A stretch of DNA of 64,000 bases, taken from the NCBI GenBank assembly GCA_963803435.1, contig CAWDML010000001.1:1600001-1664000 (forward strand), in the 5' to 3' direction. Below the pieces are notes generated by a model. The model was not told the DNA's origin, made no database searches, and saw nothing but the letters and a program-made list of their open reading frames with translations. This stretch comes from an uncultured delta proteobacterium (lineage in GTDB: Bacteria > Myxococcota > Kuafuiibacteriia > Kuafuiibacteriales > Kuafuiibacteriaceae). Shown piece after piece: positions 19,294 to 28,723 of the stretch. The position numbers were made by a program, and so were the translations under genes. Every line of letters begins with the position of its first letter. Within the stretch, counting starts at the first letter, position 1.

Positions 19294-22200
19294 TCACTCC
19301 CGCGCGCCGGAGTCATCGTCTTCATCGTCGTCATCCGTCGCATCGTCGTCATCCTTGTCGCCGGCCGCCGGCGTCGCCTTGTCCTCCTCGGTTTGAGGCT
19401 GGGCTTTGGCCGCCATGCCGCTCTTGATCGACGCCAGGATGAAGCCCTCGGCGCCCTGGAAGTCGCGCTTCTGCAGATCAGGGAACTTGTTCGGGTTCAG
19501 CTCCTTCAGGTTGTTCTGCGCCGTCAGCGTGCAATCGTTGTAGACGTTCAGCTCGTACGCCTTGTTGAGCGCGTTCTCGAAGGCGCCGATCGCCTTCTCC
19601 TCCGGACCGAGGGCCACGGCGTCCAGCTCTGAGCTGTAGATCTCGATCCGATCCTCCGTGAGCCGGGGCGGCAACGGCGCCGAGCGGATGGTGTCCGCCA
19701 GGCCGCGGTAGGTCTGCCCCATGCGGGTCAGCGCGCAGATGCCGAAGTCACCGTTGCCGTAGCCGAGGATGGAGAGGAACTTGCCCTCCTTCTTGCACTT
19801 CGCGCTGTCGGTGCTCACGCAAGCCAGCTCCTCGGCGGTGGCGATCTTCTTCTGGAGCGTCGTACGCACCAGGGTCACCTTCATCTTGGCGTAGTTGTCG
19901 TACTCGGGCTCGAGGAGCTCGAAGGCGGCGTGCGCACCCGCCAGCCGGGACGCGTCCTCCTCCTGATCCTCTTCTTCGGCAGCTTGCCGTAGTTCGCGAC
20001 CAGCCACTTGTACTCGGCCATCGCCTTCGGCCGCATCTTCTGCTTCTCCAGCATCAGCGCGAAGCGATAGCGCGACTCGAACACCTTGGCGCGGCTCGCC
20101 TTCTTGTACTTCGACTCGAACTTCTCGTAGCAGTCGCCGGCCTTCTTCCAGTTCTGCTCGGTCTCGTGGAGTCCGCAGACGCGCCAGTAGACGTCCGAAG
20201 CGTCGGGCCGGTTGTCGAACTGCGTGTAGTAGTCCGTAAAGCGATCGATCGCCTCCTTGGTCTTGCCGAGGCCCTGGTAGTAGATGCCGGCGTTGAAGAG
20301 CGCGTCCGGGACCTTCTCGCTCTTCTTGAACTGCTTGGTGAAGTCCGTGTAGAGCTCCGCCGAGGTCTCGAAGTCTGCGATCCGCTCGTGGAACTCCGCG
20401 AGCAGCAGGTGGTTGCGCTCGACGTACTCCGACTTCGGATACTCGCGCTTCATCAGGTTCGCGACCTCGATCGCCTTGTCGAGCTCGTCCGCCTGGTTGT
20501 AGATCAGCACCGCCGAGAAGACGGCCTTGTCGGCGAAGTCGGACTTCGGGAACTCCTTCTGGAAGTTCTTGAAGCGGGTCGCCACCTGGCCGAGCGCGCC
20601 CTCCTTCTCCTCCTCCGAGCCCATCTTGCGCGCGCCTTCTTCGGCCACCTGGATGGCCTTGTAGGCCGAGCCCTCGACCAGCGCCTGGACCTCTTCCTTG
20701 AACTTCTTGTCGTTGCCCGCCAGCTTGTTGTTGTCGCGGAACGAGCGGGCGTACTTCTCCAGCTCCTCCCACTTCTTCTGGACGTTCAGCGAGTCGAGGA
20801 TCAGGTGCGCGCTCTTCTTGGAGAGCTCGTCCCCCGGCCAGCGATTGATGATCTCGAAGTAGCGCTCGGCGGCCGCCACGAAGTGGTTGTGCTTGTAGTA
20901 GAGGTAGGCGGCCTTGAACTTGATGGCCGGGAGCTCGTCGTCCTTCTGGTCGGCGATCTTGAAGTAGAGGTCGCACGCCTCGGAGAGCTTCAGCTCGGGC
21001 TCCGGGATCGGCTCCTCCTTGTACTCCTTGTCCTTCTCCAGGCCGGCCAGCTTGATTTGGTGACGCGCTTGGCGTCGGTGCCGCCCTTGTCCTTCTTCTC
21101 GGTGACCTTCATCGAGGCGTCGAGCTTGCCCGTGTCGCCTTCGGTGGCGATCTTCTCCCAGGACAGGATCGAGCTGTAGGCGGCGTCGCGGGCGTACTTG
21201 CCGCGGGCCTTCCCGTCCGGGTTCATCCGCGCCACCTTGTCGTACTGCTCGGCGGCGTTCTTCCACTCCTTCAGCGCGTAGAGCACCTCCGAGTAGAAGA
21301 AGCGCATCTGGTAGGCCGACTCCGTGTCGCTGAAGGCGTCGAGGTACTTCTTGTAGATGTCGCGGGCCAGCTGGTACGTCGCCACGTCCTGACGCTTCTG
21401 GGCGTCGCGGTGGTACTCGGTGACCAGGTCGCGGAGCTTCGACTCCGTGAGATCGTAGGCGTACTCGAGCGCCGCCTTGCCCTTGTCACCCTTGTCCTGC
21501 TGCGCCTTGTACCAGGGCGTGCCCGGCCGATAGAGATCGACCAGCCGCTCTACCTCCTGGCGGACCTTGTCCTTCTTGTTCATCTGGGCGTAGGCCTCGA
21601 CGATCGACGCCTGCAGGTACGGCGCCTTGTCGTTGAGCGCGTACTTGTCGATGAGCATGTTGTAGGTCTTGATCTCGAGCGGCCACTTGCCCTGCTCGTG
21701 GAAGAGCTGGCCGAGGCGGGTGGAGTACCGGTACGCGATCTCCTCGCCGCCCTTCTTGCGGAAGTAGGCGAAGGCGGTCTCGACCTCGTCGACGTAGCTG
21801 AAGAACCGGGAGAGGTCGCCCAGGGCCTCACCCTTGAGCTGCACGCTCTTGGTGTCGGTGCCCTTCTCGGACTTCTCGATCACCTCTTTGAGCTTCTTGA
21901 TGCCCTCGGCGTACTCCTGAACGTTGTAGTCGCACCAGGCGAGCTTGTAGAGCGAGTAGTTGTAGACGCGGGCCACGTCGGTGGCGAGGGCGCGCTCGTA
22001 CGCCTTGCGGGCCTTGGCCACGTTGTTGTCGTTGAAGAAGTGCTCGCCCAGCTGCAGGTAGGCGTCCGGGACCAGCTTGCTCTGCGGGAACTGCTTGATC
22101 AGCGTCCAGTAGTGGCTGACAGCCTTGTTCTTGTCGCCCGACTCGTACTCGTTGTAGCCGAGGTAGAAGAGCACCTCGTCGTTGCGCTCGTAGGTGGGGA

Positions 22201-22786
22201 ACTCGGTGAGCACCTTCTCGTACAGCTTGAGGGCGTTCTGCTTGATCAGCTCCGACTCACGGATGAAATCCTTGATCTCGGGCGGCTTGCCCCGCTGTCC
22301 GGCGTTGGACCAGTCACCGTAGTTCTTCTCATACTGGTCCATCTCGAGGCCGTACTTGTACTTGGACTTCTCCCAGTAGAGCTCGGCGAGCCGGAAGATC
22401 ATCTCCGACTTGCGGCCCTCGGGCGCCTTCGGGATCAGCTTCTTCAGCTCGTCGATCGCTTCGTCCCGCTTGGCGTCCGCCTGCTTCGTCCGCGTGATCT
22501 CCTTCTGGTCCAGCGTCGTCTCGACCTTGAAGCTCGCGGCCGTGTTGCGCTTGAGGGCGTCGTCGGCCGGCTCCCCCGGCTTATCGACCTCTTTCTTGTC
22601 GTCGCCCGGCTTGGCCGTGGTCTTGGTGGCCTTCTTCTCGCCCTTGGCCTTCGACTTCTTCTTCTTCTTCTTCTTTTTCTTGCTCGATCCCGCGCTCGCC
22701 GTGCTGGGCGAGACGAGGGTGGTGACGGCTGTAAAGCCGGTCACCACAGTGAGGATGAGCAGGAGCTTGCTGAGACGCTGAATCAT
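19294..22786 (-). CDS. gltD: Gliding TPR protein GltD/AgmU-like, two frameshifts (about 21058 and 19968)
   Basis: Signal peptide; KRDEAIDELKKLI..MIFRLAELYWEKSK; VPDAYLQLGEHFF; YKLAWCDYN; C-terminal APLPPRL..EEKAIGAFENALNKAYELNVYND; continuous across ORFs 20990-22933, 19881-21266 and 19294-20976. Confidence 0.88.
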
Positions 22787-22955
22787 GAGCTTTTTGACCT
22801 CGATTACGGCCTTCGGGCCCGGACAATGCCCGACGGATGAGGGCAGAACGACCCGTCGAGTGACCGATGCTTGAGGAATTGGAAGGGGCTTGGCAACCGT
22901 CGATTGACGGGGCGGGACACCTGCTTTGGACACGCAGACGGCGCGCTGCGGCAGG

Positions 22956-24455
22956 CTACTCGAATACGTCGGGAATGCACTCGTCCTTGATGGAGTGCTC
23001 GTAATAGCCGAGCTCGTCGATCCAGTATTCGCCGCTGAAGGCCCAGTACTGGTACCGCGAGTCCGGGACCTCCGGACGGGGACCCTTGGCGCGCGGCCCC
23101 TTGGTGATGTCCTTGCCCGCCTCGAGCATCTTCCGCTCGGCGTCGGCGGTCTCGAACTTGATGATCCGCGCCTGGTTGAGGAAGTTCTCCAGGAAGACCG
23201 CCTCGCGCTTGATCTGGCCGCGCACCAGCTTCCCGGTCAGGGCCACCCGCTGCTCCCGCTGATCGTTGAGCAGATCCAGGAGCTGGGCCTTGAAGCTGCC
23301 CTCCGGGAACTTCTCTTTGGCCCGAGCGATCTCGCGATCGACCTCGCGCACCTGGGCCAGGAACTTCTGATAGCGCCGGTTCGTCTCCACCTGGAGGCGG
23401 ATCTCGGTGGGGAACTTCGGATCGCCCTTCACGACGAGGTCGACCATCTCGGCGTCGGTCTGGTCACCGTCGACGAACGGCTTCAGCTTGTCGCCCATGG
23501 GCTCGTAGAGCTTGAAGAAGCTCTCCAGCGCCACGCGGGTCCGGTCGAAGTGGCAGTTCTGGAAGTAGTTCGTCGCCTTCAGCACGAAGGACTCGGCGCG
23601 GTAGCGATCGTCGAAGTACGGCGACTGGATCGAGTGCACCATCCCGAGCGACTTTCCGAACTGCGCGTTCTGGAAGTACGCCCAGCCGGACTCGAACATG
23701 GCGTCGTACCAGTCGTCCGAGAAGCGCGGGACCTTCTCGTAGTACTCGACGCTCCGCTTGAAGTCGCCCTGCGAGTAGTACGCGCGGGCCTTCCCGAGGA
23801 GGGCCAGCCGGTAGAGCTTCTTGTCCTTGTCGTCGCTGGCGCTGCTGAGGCGGGTCTCGAGGTCCGAGAAGTACTTGATCGCCTCGGAGTAGTCCTCGGC
23901 GCCCTGCTCGGTGGCGGTCCGGACCGCCATGATGGCGAGGATGTAGCGGGCCTTCTTGTAGTACGGCGACGAGTCGGTGACGGCCTCGAGGAACTGCTTG
24001 GCCTCGCCGTAGTCCTGCTTTCGCTGTGAGATCATCCCGATCATGTAGTTGATCGCGTTGAGCTCGTCGGCCTTCAGGCGGGCGAACGCCTGCGAGTAGC
24101 CCTTGTTGATCAGCTCGGGGATCAGAGTGTCGTCGTCGATCTCCTCGGCGATCTTGAGGAGCCCCTCGGTCGCCTTGAGGAAGTACGGGTGCGAGTCGCC
24201 CGAGTTGAAGACCTCGCCGTAGAAGCGGAACGCCGGCAGGTTGTAGCCCGCCTTGTAGAGCGAGTGACCGAGGTAGTACTCGGCCTTCACCCGCGCGTCC
24301 GGATCCTCCGAGTTGGTCATCACGTCGTAGAACAGGAACGCCGCCTTCTCGTATTGATCGTCGTTGTAGGCCTGGATGGCCTGGTCGATGTTCTGCGCGC
24401 GCGCGGTGCTCGAAGCGAGCAGCACGAACGCGAGCGCCAGACCGAACCTCTTCAT
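22956..24455 (-). CDS. gltC: Gliding motility protein GltC
   Basis: ATG at 24455 with signal peptide; HPYFLKATEGL; WYDAMFESGWAYF..SPYF; C-terminal YWAFSGEYWIDELGYYEHSIKDEC. Confidence 0.9.
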   Translation of the reverse strand: MKRFGLALAFVLLASSTARAQNIDQAIQAYNDDQYEKAAFLFYDVMTNSEDPDARVKAEYYLGHSLYKAGYNLPAFRFYGEVFNSGDSHPYFLKATEGLLKIAEEIDDDTLIPELINKGYSQAFARLKADELNAINYMIGMISQRKQDYGEAKQFLEAVTDSSPYYKKARYILAIMAVRTATEQGAEDYSEAIKYFSDLETRLSSASDDKDKKLYRLALLGKARAYYSQGDFKRSVEYYEKVPRFSDDWYDAMFESGWAYFQNAQFGKSLGMVHSIQSPYFDDRYRAESFVLKATNYFQNCHFDRTRVALESFFKLYEPMGDKLKPFVDGDQTDAEMVDLVVKGDPKFPTEIRLQVETNRRYQKFLAQVREVDREIARAKEKFPEGSFKAQLLDLLNDQREQRVALTGKLVRGQIKREAVFLENFLNQARIIKFETADAERKMLEAGKDITKGPRAKGPRPEVPDSRYQYWAFSGEYWIDELGYYEHSIKDECIPDVFE

Positions 24456-24457
24456 CT

Positions 24458-25384
24458 TCAGTTTTCCTCGCCGCCGAGCAGGAAGCTGATGCCCACCTGC
24501 AGGAAGATGTTGTTGCGGACCGCGTCGGTGAAGCGCTGGGTCGGTTCGCTGGTCTGGGGCCGGAACACGCGGCTGACGAAGAGGTAGTCTTTGACCTCGA
24601 TCTTCAGCCCGATCCAGTTCGCGAAGTAGAAGCGGAACCCGCCGGACAGATGTCCCATGAAACGGAGCGTCGCCGGCTCGTAGACGAAGACCGCCTGGTC
24701 GCCGGTGACCTCTCCCTCCGGTGCGGGGCAGACCGCCGGATCGAAGCCGCGGTTCGGGTCGAGCATCATGCCCGGCGTGCACTGCACGCGCGTCTGGCCG
24801 ATGCCGCCCCCCGCGCCGAGATAGAACTGGAAGTTGCCGAGCGACGACCCGAAGATCTGGAGCTTCCCGTAGATGGGGCTCCACTGGACGCCGGCGGAGG
24901 CCACCCAGAGCATCTGGGTGAGCTTCGCGATCTCGGGGGTCAGCTTGCCCTCCTGGAGGATCTCGGTGGTGAGGGCCGACTCGGTCGGGAACATGTACCC
25001 GCCCGACAGCTCGAGCGCGAAGTTCTCCGCGAGATGCCAGCTGATGCTGAGCGCCGCGGCGAAGGTGGTGACGAACCGATCGGTGAAGCCGAACGAGCCC
25101 ATCGGCGTGATCTCGAAGGCCTTGTCGATCAGGTACGCCTTCCGCTGGACCGCGTAGATCGTCTCCTGATTGTCGGAGATACGGGCGAACGGCGCGCCCT
25201 TGCGACCGACCACCGGCTTCGGCGCGTCGTCCGACTTGGCGGCGTCGTCCGACTTGGCGGCGTCCGTCTTGGCGGCGCTGTCGTCCGCCGCCGCCGGCGT
25301 CTTCTCCTCGTCGTCGTCCTGCGCCCAGGCGGCCTGGCTCGCGAGGAGACCGGCCAGCACAACCGTGAACACCGTGCGCTTCAT
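24458..25384 (-). CDS. gltA: Myxobacterial OM beta-barrel protein (GltA-like)
   Basis: IYAVQRKAYLIDKAFEITP..DRF; WSPIYGKL; GLKIEVKDYLF; GISFLL; directly upstream of gltC. The A versus B assignment rests on gene order. Confidence 0.75.
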   Translation of the reverse strand: MKRTVFTVVLAGLLASQAAWAQDDDEEKTPAAADDSAAKTDAAKSDDAAKSDDAPKPVVGRKGAPFARISDNQETIYAVQRKAYLIDKAFEITPMGSFGFTDRFVTTFAAALSISWHLAENFALELSGGYMFPTESALTTEILQEGKLTPEIAKLTQMLWVASAGVQWSPIYGKLQIFGSSLGNFQFYLGAGGGIGQTRVQCTPGMMLDPNRGFDPAVCPAPEGEVTGDQAVFVYEPATLRFMGHLSGGFRFYFANWIGLKIEVKDYLFVSRVFRPQTSEPTQRFTDAVRNNIFLQVGISFLLGGEEN

Positions 25385-26209
25385 CTAGTCGTACTCCCCG
25401 AACGTGAACTGCAAGCCGGCTTGCAGCAGCAGGTGGTTGGTCAGCCCGCCGTGATCCGGGTCCGGATCCGGGTAGAAGTAGTCGCGGACCTCGATGCGGA
25501 TGCCGAGGCCGTTCCAGCCCAGATCCGGCAGCACGCCGAACGGCTTGATGATCAAGTATGGGACGAACAAGAGGATGGGCATCCACGGATCGACGTCGAA
25601 GATGCGAAGACCGATCCCTCCGTTGAAGCCGTACGTGATCTTGTTGGTGGCGGGGAGCGGGCTGTCGAGCTGGCCTTCCGCACGCTTGGTCCCGATGCCG
25701 CCACCGCCGGCCACCAGGTAGATGTCGAACGAGGGATCGAGCTCGGAGGCAAAGGAGAGCTTGCCGTAGAACGGCACCACCACCACGTCCAGACTGCCGT
25801 TCCAGACCATCTGGAAGAGATCGGAGAGCGGCGGATGCTCCAGGCCGGGGAAGTTCACCCGGACCTCCTTCATGATGTTCGTCTCATCGCTGAAGTAGTA
25901 GCTGCCGGACAGCTCGAGCCCGAAGATGTCGGTGAACATGAACTGGTACGCGAGCTGCGCGCCGGTGCCCTGGACGAACTTCGTGACGATCGAGGTGGAG
26001 AAGAACAGCGCGAGGTGCTGGCGGCCGCCCATTCCGAAGCGCTTGTCGAGCAACGTCGGCAAGAGCGCCGGATCCTCGCCGCCCTGGAGCGCGTAGGCTT
26101 CTCTCGCGGCGCCGGCCGTAACCGCCAACGCCACGGAAAAGGCCAATCCGACGCGGATCTGCGCCTTTCTCCTGCTGATCAACGATGAGGGTCCTATTAG
26201 GCTTCGCAT
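25385..26209 (-). CDS. gltB: Myxobacterial OM beta-barrel protein (GltB-like)
   Basis: Paralogous motifs KRFGMGGRQHL..TKF, VPFYGKLSFASE..FDIYLVAGGG, IRIEVRDYFY; tandem with the gltA-like gene. Confidence 0.7.
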   Translation of the reverse strand: MRSLIGPSSLISRRKAQIRVGLAFSVALAVTAGAAREAYALQGGEDPALLPTLLDKRFGMGGRQHLALFFSTSIVTKFVQGTGAQLAYQFMFTDIFGLELSGSYYFSDETNIMKEVRVNFPGLEHPPLSDLFQMVWNGSLDVVVVPFYGKLSFASELDPSFDIYLVAGGGGIGTKRAEGQLDSPLPATNKITYGFNGGIGLRIFDVDPWMPILLFVPYLIIKPFGVLPDLGWNGLGIRIEVRDYFYPDPDPDHGGLTNHLLLQAGLQFTFGEYD

Positions 26210-26337
26210 GGTTTCGAGTCGCCGATCTCGCCGATCACTCCAGGACTCGTGCAGACCTCCGGAATGATTGGCGCAGTCGCTACCATGCGACCGGTAGGGT
26301 GGCAACCTTCAGGTTGGAGATACGACGGGTGGCGGAG

Positions 26338-27744
26338 CTACTCGAAGGACGCGATCCCATACGGCGTGAAGACGGGTCCCCCGACACCCGCCTGTCTGAA
26401 GAACCCGACGTTCTCGGTGTTCTCGATGAGCACCACGTTCGTCGACTCGGAGCTGGTGCTCCGCGTGGTGATGACCCTTGCCGATCCGAAGGCCGCCAGG
26501 TGTCGATAGCTCTCGGAGCCGGTCGGGAGACCACTGACCATCTGCTTTCCACCCTGCGGTGACACCCGGATCACCGAACCGGAGAGGCCGACGTAGAAGG
26601 CGCCGTCGGGCCGCCAGAGCAGATTGAGCCCGGTGGAAATGTCCGTGGTGACAGCCCGCTGCTCGAACCCGGTGGCCGGATCGATCTGAATCAGACGGCC
26701 GTTCGTCATGCTCTCCAGCACGAAGAGATGCCCCATGTCGTCGGCGGCGGCGCCCGACCAGGCCGCGTTCGGGTTCGGCGCGTTGAACGAGTGCGAGAAG
26801 GTGCCGTCCTCGTTCCAGACGTGCACCACGGTCTCCTGGCTCCGCGCGTAGTAGTAGTCGATCAGGACGACCCGGCCATCGGAGAGCTGCGTGAGGCCGG
26901 TGCCCGTCTGCGACGAGTCGATGATTGGCGTTGCCCCGTCCTCGAACTGGAAGTCGGGCAGCTGCGAGTTCTCCCCGTCCAGCGCGAAGCGGCGGATCCG
27001 CGGAGGCGAGGCGCCGTCGTCGTAGACCAGGAGCGTACCGTCCCTCGCCATCCAGAGGTCCTCGGGGCTGTCGACGAAGCTCGAGCCGCTGAGCAATCGG
27101 CCTTGCGTAAAATTGACGCTCTTCGCGGGCAGGCCGTCGGAAGCGACGGTGTAGACGTCAGAATAGCCGCTGAGGGCGATGTTGCCGCGGACCGTCACCG
27201 ACGCCTCCGCCGAGACGTCGGGCCCGCCGGTCGCCGTCGCGTGCACGCGCACCGTGAAGGTGGTGGTGCTGAACCAGGTCGGCACCTCGGAGACGAGGAA
27301 CTGGGCCACGCCGGTGACCGGATCGACGCTGTACGTGAGCGAGAGGTCCGAGAGGCGCGCGTCGGGGAGGCCCGGGCGGCGCGCGGCGGTGATCTCCGCG
27401 GTCGCGCCGGAAAACGCGAGCACCTGGCCGTCGTCCCGGACGGTCGGCGTCAGGACGACCATCTCGCGGACGTTGGCCACCTCGACCGACGGGACCAGCG
27501 CCTCGATGCAGTAGCCGCCACCCGAGCAGCCGGGATTGCCGGCGTCGGATCCGCCGTCCAGCTCGCCGCCGGCGTCCCCGACCTCGCCGGTGTCAACCGG
27601 GCTTGCATCCTTGTCGAGCAATCCGCCGTCCGGCTCGGCGTCGGCGTGCGAAGCGTCGTCGCACTCGAGGACGGTGATCTTCTCGCAGCCGAGCACCAAC
27701 GCGAGCGGGAGGCAGAGGAAGACCGTGCGCATCGGTGAGGACAT
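26338..27744 (-). CDS. Lipoprotein with Ig-like and NHL/beta-propeller-like region
   Basis: Lipobox LVLGC; DAG/DGG acidic linker typical of myxobacterial lipoproteins; repeats such as SPEDLWMARDGTLLVYD and GLTQLSDGRVVLID. Confidence 0.75.
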   Translation of the reverse strand: MSSPMRTVFLCLPLALVLGCEKITVLECDDASHADAEPDGGLLDKDASPVDTGEVGDAGGELDGGSDAGNPGCSGGGYCIEALVPSVEVANVREMVVLTPTVRDDGQVLAFSGATAEITAARRPGLPDARLSDLSLTYSVDPVTGVAQFLVSEVPTWFSTTTFTVRVHATATGGPDVSAEASVTVRGNIALSGYSDVYTVASDGLPAKSVNFTQGRLLSGSSFVDSPEDLWMARDGTLLVYDDGASPPRIRRFALDGENSQLPDFQFEDGATPIIDSSQTGTGLTQLSDGRVVLIDYYYARSQETVVHVWNEDGTFSHSFNAPNPNAAWSGAAADDMGHLFVLESMTNGRLIQIDPATGFEQRAVTTDISTGLNLLWRPDGAFYVGLSGSVIRVSPQGGKQMVSGLPTGSESYRHLAAFGSARVITTRSTSSESTNVVLIENTENVGFFRQAGVGGPVFTPYGIASFE

Positions 27745-27777
27745 ACGCCCACCCGGCGCCGATCTGTCCATCGGGCG

Positions 27778-28533
27778 TCAGTGTCCGAGGAGCGCGCCGT
27801 AGGCCTCGCCTGCGTCGCCAGGGAGCCCGCTGACCGCCAGCATCTGCCAGCCGTCGGCGTCGGCGTGGCCCACCGCGATCAACCGCCAGCCGGCGTAGGC
27901 ACGCTTGCGGTCGCGGCGGACCAGCACGCGGACGCGATCGCCCGCGGAGAACGGCCCTACCCCGCCGTCGGCGAGGATCAGCTGCTTCTCGTCGTCGCCG
28001 TCGAGGTCCATCTCGAGGACGCTCTGCTTCTCGTGCACGCGGTAGCGGATCGACAGGATCACGCCCTTCTTCGTGACGAGGTCGGCGCCGTCGCCCTCGT
28101 CGTCCAGACGACGCAGGAGCGTGCGGATCAACGGCGCGAGGTCGGAGCTGCTGGGATCGATCTCGGAGACCAGCATCGCGGCGGCCGCGGCGGCGTCGTC
28201 ATCGTAGCCGGCCAGCACGCGGACCAGGCGATAGCCGGCGCCGCGCGCGTAGAGCTGGTCGGCGAAGGAGTGGCGGGCGGAGAGGCGCGCCGAGAGGTAG
28301 TACTGGACGGCGCGCGTCATGTTGCCCTGCTCCTCCTCGGAGAGGCCGTTGTTGAAGAGACGGCGGGGAGACAGGATGGCGCCCGTCCGGAGCGGCGCGG
28401 CCCGGACCAGCACCCCGCTCCCGCCGTCCCGGCTTCGCGGGATGACCTCCGTCCTGGAGGCCTCCGGCTTCGCGAAGGCTTCGGGCGCCACGAGCAGCAG
28501 CGCCAACGCCAGATGGACCGGGATCGACCTCAC
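27778..28533 (-). CDS. Secreted hypothetical protein
   Basis: Signal peptide MRSIPVHLALALLLVAPEAFA; coding-like bias. Confidence 0.65.
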   Translation of the reverse strand: MRSIPVHLALALLLVAPEAFAKPEASRTEVIPRSRDGGSGVLVRAAPLRTGAILSPRRLFNNGLSEEEQGNMTRAVQYYLSARLSARHSFADQLYARGAGYRLVRVLAGYDDDAAAAAAMLVSEIDPSSSDLAPLIRTLLRRLDDEGDGADLVTKKGVILSIRYRVHEKQSVLEMDLDGDDEKQLILADGGVGPFSAGDRVRVLVRRDRKRAYAGWRLIAVGHADADGWQMLAVSGLPGDAGEAYGALLGH

Positions 28534-28723
28534 CCCGGGGTCGACGCATCTTCAAGGTTGGTGCCGAAGCGCGAGGCATCACAGGTTGCCGATTCGGGCC
28601 GGTCCGAGTCGGAGATTCGGATCCGGGGGACGGGACCGCGCTCGCGTGATCGCGTGAAAACATCGTCATTTCCAAAGGATGAAGACCTCCGCGCTCCCGG
28701 AAGATTTTTTCCGGGTCGGAACA

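Noticed and set aside
25221-25280. 18-bp tandem repeats in gltA; poly-Lys codons in gltD (about 22655-22682)
   Set aside because: In-frame low-complexity linkers (DDAAKS, K9), not independent elements.
22956-25586. 876-aa ORF as one protein
   Set aside because: The N-terminal part overlaps gltA/gltB off-frame; the real start is ATG 24455 with a signal peptide.
28552-28566. Sigma54-like CGGCACCAACCTTGA on the minus strand
   Set aside because: The -12 element is GA rather than GC and it lies very close to the start codon; insufficient support.
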